From the NCBI RefSeq assembly GCF_004010195.1, contig NC_057718.1, forward strand, positions 79,127,852 to 79,191,851: a stretch of 64,000 nucleotides of DNA, written 5' to 3'. Shown here in pieces: positions 25,415-37,199 of the stretch (the first letter of the stretch is position 1; each line of letters starts with the position of its first letter). Source of the stretch: Chiloscyllium plagiosum. Taxonomy: Eukaryota. The notes beneath the pieces are model-generated. The model had not been told where the DNA came from and did not search any database. It worked only from the letters and a program-made list of their open reading frames with translations. A program made the translations under genes and the position numbers.

Positions 25415-26082
25415 AATGACGGTAGGTAATGTGGAACAAACCTAAAGGAATAATTGAGCTCTTGGTCTGCTCCCTGGCACAAGTCAACATTTTCAAGAGA
25501 GGAATTCTAGAAGGAGGACCAATAGTGTTCTGATTTGAATACTAACTGAATCCAGTGTGTCTTGTGTTTTGATAAAGGAGAGATCTTTTAAAGTAACAAA
25601 GAAAGATAGCTTAGCAAGAACAAAGACAGAGAGTGATCACTTCGATTTTCCTTATATTTTTCATAAAATGTCACTGACCAATCAAAGGCTGGAAGACTTT
25701 ATATTGAGATTGAAATACCTGCAACACTTCATGTATCTTGTAAACTGACTTAAGAGGACTGCTTGAGTTTGAAGAAAATGTTTTGGCCTGAAACTTCAAT
25801 CCTACTTTCTTTTCACAGTTAGGTTTTGACTTGAATGTTTCAGCATTTTCTGCTTTTATAATATTTTGTTAGTGCAAGAAAAAATGTTTCCATTTTAAAA
25901 CTGCACAGCTTTGATAAGTTATATGAAGTGTTTAAAGTTGAATTGCAGACACTTTGTTTATAATAGCTTTTTTATATATATGTTTTGTGACTTGTTGCTT
26001 GTGCACAGTTTGAGAAGTCAAATTGTACAGATGTTATGTACTTTCCTTTCTCTCTTGGCCTGTTAATTTAATCTATGGAATA

Positions 26083-27280
26083 CAGGGAGAACTAATCATT
26101 TGGATACAGAACTGGCTCGAATGTAGAAGATAAAGGGTGGTGATGGAGAGTTGCTTTTCAGACTGGAGGCCTGTGACTAGTGGAGTGCATCAAGGATTGG
26201 TGCTGGGTCCACTGCTTTTCATCATTTAAATAAATGATTTGGATGTGAACATCGGGGGTATAGTTAGTAAGTTTGCAGATGACACCAAAATTGAAAGTGT
26301 AGTGGACAGCAAAGAAGATTACCTCAGGTTACAACACGACCTTGATCAGATGGGCCGATAGGCTGAGGAGTGGCAGATGGAGTTTAATTTAGATAAATGT
26401 GAAGTGCTGCATTTTTGAAAGGCAAAAGAGCAGGGATTTTACACTTAATGGTCAGGTTCTGGGGAGTGTTGCTGAACAAAGAGACCTTGGAGTGCAGGTT
26501 TATAGTTCCTTGAAAGTGGAGTCACAGGTAGATAGAATAGTGAAGAAGGCATTGGTATGCTTTCCTTAATTAGTCAGTGCATTGAGTGTGGGAGTTGAAA
26601 GGTCATGTTGCTGTACAGAACATTGGTTAGGCCACTTTTGGAATATTCTGTGCAATTCTGGTCTCCCTCCTGTAGGAATAATGTTGTGAAACCTGAAAGG
26701 GTTCAGAAAAGATTTACAAGGATGTTGTCAGGGTTGGAGGATTTGAGCTACAGGGAGAGGCTGAACAGGCTGGGGCTGTTTTCCCTGGAGCATCAGAGGC
26801 TGAGGGGTGACCTCATAGAGGTTTATAAAATCATGGACAGCAAAGAAGATTACCTCATCTATTTATGGATAAGATAAATAGACAAGCTCTTTTTTCCTGG
26901 GTGGGAGAGTCCAAAACTAGAGGGTATAGGTTTTGGGTGAAAGAGGAAAATTTAAAAGGAAACTAAGGGACAACTTTTTCACACAGAGAGTGGTGCATGT
27001 ATGGAATAAACTGCCAGAGGAAGTGATGGAGGCTGGTATAAATACAGCATTTAAGTTGTGGGAAGCAGAAGGCAGAGGACTCCCCACATGATTAAATGCA
27101 ATGTCCCCATTCAGAAAATACTTTCAAATTGAAAAACTGATGGGTAAATGAATAGAAAGAGTTTAGAGGGATATGGGCCAAGTGCTGGCAAATGGGATTA
27201 GATTAGGTTAGGAATCTGGTCAGTATGGACATGTTGGACCAAAGGGTCTGTTTCCATGCTGTACATCCTAATGACTGTCT
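26083..27280 (+). mobile_element. CR1 (HER1-like) LINE 3' portion
   Basis: SKFADDTK, LYRTLVRPLLEYSVQFWSP and RLRGDLIEVYKIM; 3' tail shared with the SINE family. Confidence 0.93.
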
Positions 27281-27864
27281 GAGCCATTTTGTTCCAAATC
27301 AATGTTAACTTCTCTGTTTTGTGATTTAATAATCATTGGCAATTTAAGTACGCCTCCCTTCCTGTTCTGGATTGCAAATTGTACTTTGGCTCAACTTAAT
27401 AGAACAAAGAACTGGTTCTAATTCAGGACTCTTCTTATTTGCGCTGCCTAATGTTGGAACTTTGCTTTCAAAGACTGGAAAGAGCCAATCTTCACCACTA
27501 CTGTTTGCATGGACCCTGGGGTTTCTACCTGTTAAAATTAATGGGTGAAAATTCTGTATTTGAGCCTGAGTGCTTATCTCAATTGCAGTACAAAGTAACT
27601 CTCATAAGTAAACACTGAATGCTGGAGGAACTCAGCAGACCTGGCAGTCTCTGTGCAGAGAGAAAGAGTTCATGCAAGTCTGTTATGACTCTTAAGAACT
27701 TAAAAGTTAATTTTTAAAATACTTTTGATAGACACACAGGCCCAGTGCAAAAGTCAAAGGCATTGATAATGGTGGAGAAAGAAAAGTAAAATAGGGGTAA
27801 CATAAGTGTAAAAAGGAGAGAATGGATCCTCTATCTAACAATGCAGTAAAGAAGGAGTTGAAAA

Positions 27865-28630
27865 GGTTGGCATTGGAAAAGCACAGCCGGTCAGGCAGCT
27901 TTCAAGGAGCAGGAGAGTCGATGTTTCAGGAATAAGCCCTTCATCAGGAATGTAGGGGAGGGGTGGGAAGGAGGATGGGATATAATTAGGGGAGTGGGAG
28001 GTTTGGCGGTGGAGAAGGCCCACGATTTATGTGTCTTTGGGAAAATGGTAGGGGGAGTTAAAGTGGTCAGCCACAGGACTGTGGGATTGTTTAGTGCATG
28101 TATTCCAGAGATGTTCCCTGAAACGCTTCGCAAGTTGTCCTGTCTCCCTGATGTAGAGGAGACCACATCGAGAACAACGGATGCAGTAGATGAGGTGGGT
28201 GGATGTGCAGGAAAATCTCTGCCGGATGTGAAAGGATCCTTTGGCGCCTTGGACAGAGGTGAGAGGGCAGTTGTGGCCACAGGTTGTACACCTGCAGTGG
28301 CAAGGAAAGGGGCTGGGTGTGGAAGGTGGGTTGGTGGGGAGCGTGGACCTGACAAGGGAGTCGCGGAGGGAATGGTCTCTGAAGAACACAGCTAGGATTG
28401 GCAGGGAAATATATCCTTGGTGGTGGGGTCTATCTGTAGATGGCGAAAATGGTGGAGAATAGTGCACTGTTTCCGGAGATTAGTGGGATAGATGGTGAGG
28501 AAATGGGGGATTCTATCCTTGGAGGGGTGGGATTTAAGGGCAGAGATGCAGGAAGTGGAGGAGACGTGTTGGAGGGTATTTTTGATCATGTTGGAGGGGA
28601 GCATTTGCTGTCCCTGAAATAGGAGGGCAG
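27865..28630 (-). mobile_element. Penelope-like 3' fragment (GIY-YIG) with pseudo-LTR
   Basis: HLIYCIRCSRCGLLYIRETGQLAKRFREHL; hammerhead-like core at 27917-27950. Confidence 0.88.
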
Positions 28631-30772
28631 TAAAGAAGATGAAAAAACTGCAGATGCTGGAATCCAAGGTAGATGAGCAGGAGGCTGGAAGAACACAGCA
28701 AGTCAGGCAGCATCAGGAGGTGGAGAAGTTGATGTTTCATATGTAACCCTCCTTGAGAACTGGGATTGGAGATACAGGGAACTGCAGATAAAGAGGGTGG
28801 TAAAGTAGGGATCGGTGAAGACAGGTAGAGGGTACAACCTGGTTGGTAGCTGGGAAGAGTGGAAGGGAGGGGGAGGGGCTGGGAAGGGAGTCGGGGAATG
28901 GGAAGGAAGGTTATTTGAAATCAGAGAACTCACTGTTAAGACCTCCAGGCCGTAGGCTGCCCAGATGGAAGTTGAGTTGTTTCACCATTTTGCGGTTTGT
29001 TTCATGGTTGCAATGGAGGAGGCCAAGGATGGTCATGTCGGAAAGGGAATGGGAAGGGGAATTAAAATGGATGGTGATTGGGAGGGGGGGGGGTTCTGGT
29101 TGGCCCCTATGGGCCTGGCTGAGATGCACGGCGAACCGTTCCCTAAATTTACGTTTGGCTTCCCCGATGTAGAGAAGACCACATTGGGAGCACCTGATTC
29201 AGTAAACTAGGTTGGAGGAGAGGCAGGTGAACCTCTGTCTCATCTGGAAGGACTGTTTGGGGCCTTGGGTGGAGGTGGAGGGTGGAAGAGGGGAGCAGTG
29301 TGCCAGCAGGTTTTGCATCTTTTCCAGTTCAGGAGAAGGTACCGGGGGGTTGAAGTGTTGGTGGGGAGGGTGGTAAAAAGCAAGGATTGTCGAAGGGAAT
29401 GGTCCTTGCAGAAGGCAGAAAGGAGTGGGGAGGGGAAGATGTTCTTGGTGGTGAGTCTAGTTGGAGTTGACGAAAGTGTTTCATGATGATGCCTTGGATG
29501 CGGAGACTGGTGGGTTGGTAAGTGAGGACAAGGGCACTCTGTCTTTAGGGGATGGAGTTTAGGACAGTGGAATGAGGAATGGAGGTGGTCCGGTGGAGGG
29601 TTGTCTGAATGACAGGTGGAAAATGCACGTTGTTTCAAATAGGTAGACATTTGGGATGCTTGGGAATAGAATGTCTCCTCGTCCGAGCAGATGTGGCAGA
29701 GGCAGAGGAATTGGGGGAACGGGTTGGGGTTCTTGCAGGATACTGGGTGGGAGAGGTAGTTGTGAAAATCTGTGGGTTTATAGTAAAATCCGTCGGGAGA
29801 CTGTCACTGGAGAAGCCAAGAAAGAGGAGAGAGGTGTCCGAGATGGACCAGGTGAATTTGACAGCGGTTTGGAAGATGTGGGCAAATTCGATAAACAGCT
29901 CCAGTTCAGCCTGGGTGCAGGACACTGCACTGAAGCAGTCATTGATGTAATGGCGAGAGAGTTGGGGCACAGTGATTGTGTAGATACTGAAGAGGGACTG
30001 TTCGACATAGCTGACAAAGAGGCAGGCATAGCTGGGGCCCATCCGGGTGCCCATGACATTCCCCTAGATTTGGAGGAAATGGGAGAACTTAAAGAAAGAG
30101 TTATTAAAGTAAGGACCAGTTCAGCAAAGTAAAGGAGGGTATTGGTGGAGGGGGACTGGATGGGTCTGTTGGAGAGGAAGAAGGGAAGGGCCTGGAGGCC
30201 GTCCTTGTGAGGTATGGACATGTATAAGAACCACATCATAGTGAAGATGAAGCACTGGGGCCTGGGGAACTGGATGTTGCTGAAGAAATGGGCATGGTTG
30301 GTGTCGTGGATGTAGGTAGAAAGTGCCTGGACGGGGGTGGGGGGAGCGGATGGAGTTGAGGTAGAACAAGATGAATTCGGGGAGCAGGAGCATACGGAGA
30401 CAATGGGTCAGCCGGGGTAGTTGGGCTTGTGGATGTTAGGGGGCAGGTAGAACCGGACAGTGTGGGGCTGAGGATTGAGTTTTGGAGGCTGTGGAGGGGA
30501 GATCATTGGAGGCAATGAGGTCATGGACAGTGCGAGTGATTTTGGCCTGATGGGCCATGGTGTGGTTGTGGGCAAGAGTGAGGTAGGACGTGGTATTGAA
30601 AAGTTTGTGTTCAGCCTCTGTGACACAGAGGTCCGTTCTCCAGACTACCACTGCCCCACCTTTGTCAGCGGGTTTGGTGGTGAACCAGGGGATTGTTGCA
30701 GAGAGGGTGAAGTGCTGCATGTTTGGAGGGGGTGACGTCGGAGTGGGTAAAGGAGCTGGAGAAATTGAGGTG
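28631..30772 (-). mobile_element. Penelope-like retroelement, same family as 5420-7850
   Basis: KPADKGGAVVVW, MGTRMGPSYACLF and HYINDC; the pseudo-LTR matches 5430-5800. Confidence 0.9.
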
Positions 30773-31747
30773 GCCGACGTGACGTCGGCAACATCACTGA
30801 ACTATGTTTCTTACAATGCACTTCATTTTCTCCAAGTGTGGCCATGGGTGCCAGTTATGCCTGCGGTGTTTGTGGAGTATTTAAATCATCCGTTGTTCCA
30901 GTCCTGCTCTGAGTCCACACCCATAGCTCTTTCTCCAATACACTGCTTCCTGCTCTTGTCCATATTGAGAAAGAAATAATCAGTTTTGCTTGCAATTTTC
31001 ATCCTTCTCTCACCTTCACTAGGTCCATCCCTGATTCTTTTCTTATTTCACTGTTTCCATTTTTGAAAATAGCTGTCCAGCTATATAGCTATTACAAGCC
31101 AGCAGACTCCCATAGTTACCTCGACTGCTCTTCCTCACACCCTGCCTCCTGCAAGGATTCCAATCCATTCTCTCAAGTTTCACAATCTCCGTCACATCTG
31201 TTTTGTTGATGCTACCTTCCACTGGACTGCCTGTGACATGGCCTTTTTTTTTTGCTGAACCAAGGATTCTACTTCCACTGTCACTGACAGGGCCTTCAGC
31301 CATGTCTGAACCATTTCCTGCACTTCTGATCTTAGCCCATTCCCACCTTTCCATAACAGTGATAGGGTTCCCCTTGTCCTTCCTTTTCAACCTTCACGTC
31401 TCCAATTGCAAAGGATCATTCTCTGCTGTTTCTGCCACCTCCAGCAGGATGCCACCACCAAACACATCTTCCCCTCTCCTCTACTGTCAGCATTCCATGA
31501 GGACCAGTCCATCTGTGACAGTCTGGCTCACTCCTGCTCCCGCTTCCTCACTCTTTCCCCATGTGGCGTCTTCGTAGTAAATCAGAGATCTAACATTTGC
31601 CCATTCACCACCTCCAATCCAAAGTCCCAAACTCACCTTACAGGTAAACAGTGTTTTATATGTAATTCCTTCAATCTAGTCTGCTGCATTCACTGCTCGC
31701 AGTGTGGTCTGCTTTACATTGATGAAGCCAAATGCAGACTAGGTGAC

Positions 31748-32062
31748 TCGAGCGGATGTTGGGAAGATGTTTCTTTTGGTAGGAGAAACTGGGACCCGAG
31801 GGCACAGCCTTAAAGTAAAGACCTTTTAAAATGGAGACAAGGAGAAACCTCTTCAGTCAGAGAGTGGTGAACTTATTGAATTCTGTGCCACAGGAGGATG
31901 TGGAGTATATTTAAGACAGAGGTAGATAAGTGCTTGATTGTCAAGGGGATCAAGGGTTACGGGGAGAATGGGGTTGAGAAACTTATCAGCTATGATTGAA
32001 TGGCGGAGCAAACTCGATGGGCTGAATGGCCTAATTTCTGCTCCTATGTCTTATGATCTTAT
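31748..32062 (+). mobile_element. CR1 3' tail nested in the Penelope GIY-YIG region
   Basis: Typical CR1 3' end ...GAATGGCCTAATTTCTGCTCCTATGTCTTATGATCTTATG interrupts CRLGD|CFAG. Confidence 0.85.
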
Positions 32063-32797
32063 GGACTGCTTTGCAGGACCCCTCTGTGCATGGGAATGAT
32101 CCTGACCTCCCAGATGCTTGTCATTTCAATAAACCATCTTGCTTTCTTGCTATCATTTCTGTCCTGGGCCAGCGGCAGAGTTCCAACAAAGCACAACACA
32201 AGTTTGAGAAACAGCAACTTGTTTTACACTTAGGCATTTTACAGCCTTGAGATTTCAATATTGAATTCCACAATTTAAGAAACTGATCACATTATATTAT
32301 CTATTTTCCATTTTTCTCTCTCTCTCTCAACACCACCCCTCTCTCACCTTCCTTTGCTGTCTGTATAGAGGAGCCATTCCCTCCCTTTCGTACCTTAATT
32401 TAAACCCATCTTACATCTCTTTTCTTTCTCCACCATTTACAACCTCTTTGTTTTTTGCATTGGTTGAGAAAAAAGAATTTCTCAAAGTGTTTTCAGTTCT
32501 GAATAAGGGTCTTGCTTGAGTCCAAATGTTAACTCTGTTATTCTCTGCACGGATGCTACCAGATCTCCTGAGCTTCTGCAGTATTCTGTGTTTCAGATTT
32601 CCAGTATCTGTGTCATTTTTGCCTTCACTCGGATGTTTCTGGTTGTTTACTTGTATTTCTGGAATTCTTTGCTCTTTAAGTTTTTATAATGCATGTCTTT
32701 CCTGTGATTAAATGCAACATTTATTGCGCCTGTAAATGCTTGGATACTTTGACAGCTACCATATATGTTGACTATGGTGTTTATGTTTTTGCATCAG

Positions 32798-32957
32798 GAA
32801 GAAATGTATATCTTTATGGAATATTGTGATGAAGGCACACTAGAAGAGGTGGCGAGGCTGGGTCTACAGGAACATGTAATACGATTGTACACCAAGCAGA
32901 TTTCTACTGCAATCAATGTACTGCATGAACATGGAATTGTACACCGAGATATCAAGG
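32798..32957 (+). CDS. MAP3K4: MAP3K4 kinase exon (160 nt), HRD motif
   Basis: CATCAG acceptor, GTAATG donor; encodes EEMYIFMEYCDEGTLEEVARLGLQEHVIRLYTKQISTAINVLHEHGIVHRDIK. Confidence 0.98.
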
Positions 32958-33284
32958 GTAATGCGTTTGCACAAAAGCACATAATTGAAACTATACAACA
33001 AGCTAATCTCAGTAGCCATATTCAGTTAAGTATACAGTATTCAAAACACGCTTCCATAGTTTGTGCCGTCAAGTGATGCAAAAAACTGAGGGCAGTGATT
33101 TGTAATTAATGCAAGTACATTAATGTTATCACTGTTAATGTTAATGCAATTAATGTTATCACTGATATTACAATACTATTGTTTGGCAAAATGAAAACAA
33201 AATTGGATCTGTTTTCTTACAGATCACAATAGAATGTCTTCCAGTGAGCTATGAAATAAATTTACTTGCTGGACATTTTGCTGT

Positions 33285-34012
33285 TTTCAGGACTTGTACA
33301 ATTAATGGTAGGGCCTTGGGGAGTTTTTGCCAAAGAGACTTAGAGGTGCAGATGCACAGTTCCTTGAAAGTGGAGTCACAAGTAGACAGATTGTTGAAGC
33401 TGGTTGGCAGGCTTGCCTATTTGGTCAGAATATTGAATTTAGGAGTTGGATGTCAGGTTGTAGCTGTACAGGACATTGGTGAGACAATTAGCGTGTACAA
33501 TTCTGGTTGCCCTTCTACAGGGAAGATGTTAAATTTGAGAGGGTACAGAAAAGTTTTACAAGGATGTTGCTGGGACTGGAGATTTTGAGTTATAGGGAGA
33601 GGCTGAATAGGCGCAGGATTTTTTCCTTGGAGCGTCAGAAGGTGAGGGGTGACCTTATAGATACTTTTAAAATCTTGGGAGGCATGGATTGAGTGAATAG
33701 CCAAGGTCCTTTTCCTAGGCTGGTAAAGTCCAAAACTAGAGGGCATAGGTTTAAGGTGAGAAGGGAAAGATTTGAAAAGGATCTGAGCGGTAACTTTTTC
33801 ACACAGAGGGTGGCGCATGTATAGAACAAGTTGCCATTCGAAGTTGTGGAGGCTACCATTACAACATTTAAAAGGCATCTGGATGTGTATATGAATAGGA
33901 GTTTAAAGGGATATGAACCAAATGCTGGCAAATGGGACTCTTGTCAGATTGGGGTGTCTGGTTGGCATGGACGAATAGGACCAAAATGTCTATTCCTGTG
34001 CTGTATGACTCT
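33285..34012 (+). mobile_element. CR1 (HER1-like) LINE 3' fragment
   Basis: QRDLEVQMHSSLKV and ERVQKSFTRML; tail CTGTATGACTCT. Confidence 0.9.
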
Positions 34013-34050
34013 GGTGAAATGCTCCAATTGAAGCTGTCTTCGTGTTTTAG

Positions 34051-34173
34051 GTGCCAATATCTTCCTCACCTCATCGGGTCTGATCAAACTGGGGGACTTC
34101 GGTTGTTCAGTAAAACTGAAGAATATCGCACAGACCATGCCTGGTGAAGTGAACAGTACCCTTGGCACTGCTG
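34051..34173 (+). CDS. MAP3K4: MAP3K4 kinase exon (123 nt), DFG and activation loop
   Basis: GTTTTAG acceptor, GTAAGA donor; encodes GANIFLTSSGLIKLGDFGCSVKLKNIAQTMPGEVNSTLGTA. Confidence 0.98.
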
Positions 34174-34779
34174 GTAAGAGAGGTCTTCAGGGAAGTCTAC
34201 TTTATGATATCTAAGTAATCCTCTGTTTATCTCACTACGTCCATTATACATTAGGTGGAAATGATTTCTGCTTTACATTGGCTCAGACTCTAAAGTATAA
34301 TTGAGGTATGAGATTCCATTTTATTTCTTGACATCATGGAGAATTTGAGGTGTGATTGGCTGTCTACTAACATTTCGTTTTAAACAACATTTGAATGATG
34401 GGAGAGTAAAGCTCCTGTGTATGTCAATTAACCCTTTAATTGTTGATAAATTCTACAGAATACTAAGCCATTCTAAGTATGGGATGCAGAGTCACATGGG
34501 TTAGATTGCATATCTCGATGGCAAGTGCACTACTGGCTTGCCAGGGTTGCTAATTTTATGTTTACACAACACTTAAGACGTTTAATAGCACTTTAACTTC
34601 ATTATTCTCACCCTACCTCAGTGCTTTGTTGCTATGGTTCCTAACATTGACTTTGCATCTCTGATATTTCAGGGTGAGAAAATAATCAGTATTTGAAATA
34701 TTAACAATACAGTGTTTATTTTTGTGTACTAAACATCTGGAGTAGGCTACTTAGTATTGGGAGAGAGAAGAACACTATT

Positions 34780-35120
34780 GTTTAAATGGTGCCAAACTAC
34801 AGAAAGCTGCACCACATAGGAGAGTCTAAGACTAGAGGACATAATGTAGAATAAAGGGCTGTGAATTTAAGGCCGAGATGAAGAGGAATTTCTTCTGAGA
34901 TTTGATTCTTTGGAACTCAATGCCACAGAGAACTGTGGGGTAGAGTCCTGGTGTACATTTAAGACTGAGATACATTCATGATCAGGAGGGGAATCCAGGA
35001 TTATGGGGAAAATGCAAAAACGTGGATGTGAGGAATGTCAGATCAATCATGATCCTATTAAATGGTGGTGCAGGCTTGAGGGATTGAATGGCTTTCTCCC
35101 TTTGCTATTTCTAATGATCT
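34780..35120 (+). mobile_element. Old CR1 3' tail
   Basis: ACTAGAGGACATAA...GAATGGCTTTCTCC tail pattern. Confidence 0.7.
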
Positions 35121-35159
35121 GGTTGCCAGAATATACAGGACCCAAGCTGTACATAAGTA

Positions 35160-36790
35160 GCCAGGTTAATAGAAATCATTTGAGAGCACTGTGGATGCCA
35201 GTCTTCATCACCTTACCGATGATTGAGTAAACTGTTGGGGTGGTAATTGGTCAAATTGAATTTGTCTTCCTTTTTGCTCTCAGCTCTTAATCTGGGCAGT
35301 TGCCATGTTGTCAGGTACATGCCTGTGTTGGAGCTATACTGGAACAGCCTGGCTATAATGGGTGCAGCTAATTTTGGAGCACAGGTCCTCAGTACTGCTG
35401 CTGGGGTTTTGTTCGGGCCCACGATCAATGCAATATTCAATATCTTCAATTGTTTTTTGATATCATGTGGAGGGAATTGAATTGGTTAAAGTCTGGCATC
35501 TGTCAAGTCAGGCATTTTGTACTTCTGGCTGTGGATGGTGAAAAATGCTTCAGCCTTGCCTTTTGCACTGACATACTAGAGTACCTCAGAATTGAGAATG
35601 GGAATACTTGTACACCATCTTTTTCCAGTTAAATTAGTTATTCTGTCATTTCTGTCTGGATGTTGCAGGCTGTAGAATTTTGATCTGATCCATTGGTTGA
35701 GATCATTTATTTATATCTCTTGTATGCTTCTTTTACTAATGTGCATGTAGGTAGTCCTGTGTTGTAACATCAGGTTGGCACATTGTGTTTAGGTGCACCT
35801 TGTGCTGCTACTCACACTTCTAAATGAATCAGGCTTATTCCTCTTGCTTGATGGTTGGTAGTGGTCGAATGGGGTATATGCTAGTCTTTGAGTTTGAAAT
35901 TTGTGGTATGCAATTCTTCTACTAATGGCCCACAGCAACCGCAGGAGCACAGTTTTGGGCTACAAGAGTGAGTTCTGCTAGGTTTTAATTTTTGATTCCT
36001 AACCATATGTCGCAGGCCCAGTTCAGCAAATGTTCTTCAGGACTTGGTCAGCTCAATCAGCAGTGTACTACTCAGCCATTTCTGCTGATCATTGAAGGTG
36101 TCCACCCAAAATGTATTTTGTGTGCTTGCTACCTTCAGTACTTTTGCCCAAGTGGTGTTAAACTTGGAGGTTAACTGTTTTATCAGCTGAAGGAAGACAG
36201 CAAGAGCTTTCCTTCACTATGTTTAACCTTGAGATCTATTGAGGACCTGAGTCATAAAGTTGAGAATTCCCAGGGCTATTTCCTCCTGAATGAATGCCAC
36301 TGTGCTGTCTGTCTAGTACAATGGCTGTAATATGACTGTAAAGCTGTTGCTAGGCAAGTTTGTTTTGGACAGCTCTCCAAATGTTGGTACAAATCCCAAA
36401 TGTTGGTACAAATCCCAGATGTTAGTGAAGAAGACTTTGCAGAGTCAACTAGACTGGCTATGCTGCTCGGTCGATGCTTGTTGGTCTGCCCAGTTTTGCT
36501 CCCTTTTGACTTTTCTGAAATGGTACAATTGAGAGTACCTGCAACACCATCTTCAAAGGCACTTGAGTGTCAAGCACATTGTTTGGATGTGGAGCTACGT
36601 GTAGCCCAGACCAAATAAGGATGGCAGATTTCCCAAAGTGAATCAGCTGGGTTTTATGGTAGTTTCATTGTCAGCAATGTAAAGACTAGCTTTAGACACA
36701 GCTGTGCAGTAAGATTTGAATCTGTGTCTGTAGAACATTTGCCTGGGTTTCTGAATTACTGTTCCAGGACAATAACCACCATTCCACCTC
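35160..36790 (-). mobile_element. CR1/L2-group LINE with tRNA-like head, degraded
   Basis: Minus-strand GPNKTPAAVLRTCAPKLAAP...LFQYS...NYHPNSLL (RT N-terminus); head at 36550-36790. Confidence 0.7.
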
Positions 36791-37092
36791 CTCCACAACT
36801 TAACTCTGGATTTTCTTTGGGAAAATGGTGGTTTCAAGAATACAAAATTTTCATAAAGTACATATCCAGAGAGAAAAGACATGCATTTATTTGCATCCTC
36901 TCATGCCCCAGCAATATCTTGAAAGGCTTCATAGTGCCTGACTTATTTTGAAATGCAGCTGCTACTGTTATGTTGGCAAACAGAGCAGCCCCTTGCAAAA
37001 ACCAAAATCCTGAAAAGCGATGAGGTGTACATAATGTGAACAATTTCTGATTAACTCAATTTTTCTCACATTTTTTTGTTTATTTTTAAAAG

Positions 37093-37199
37093 CTTACATG
37101 GCTCCTGAAGTTATTACTAGAGCAAAAGGTGAAGGGCATGGACGTGCTGCAGATGTTTGGAGCCTGGGGTGTGTCCTTGTGGAAATGGTCACAGGCAAG
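37093..37199 (+). CDS. MAP3K4: MAP3K4 kinase exon (107 nt), APE motif
   Basis: Long T tract then AAAAG acceptor, GTGAGA donor; encodes [36 protein letters not shown]. Confidence 0.98.

Larger units (their letters stand above)
27605..32620 (+). mobile_element. Old Penelope-like element with inverted ends (27605-27860 inverted; body 30790-32620), hosting nested insertions
   Basis: 27605-27860 is a diverged reverse complement of 32350-32610; the body encodes CIHCSQCGLLYIDEAKCRLGD and HKFEKQQL. Confidence 0.7.

Noticed and set aside
17349..33076. ORF-track starts and ends around the kinase exons (17349, 22138, 24967, 32765)
   Set aside because: Intronic extensions of true exons; splice sites define the real boundaries.
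37088..37092. AAG splice acceptor
   Set aside because: Uncommon but canonical, with a strong upstream T tract and correct phase.
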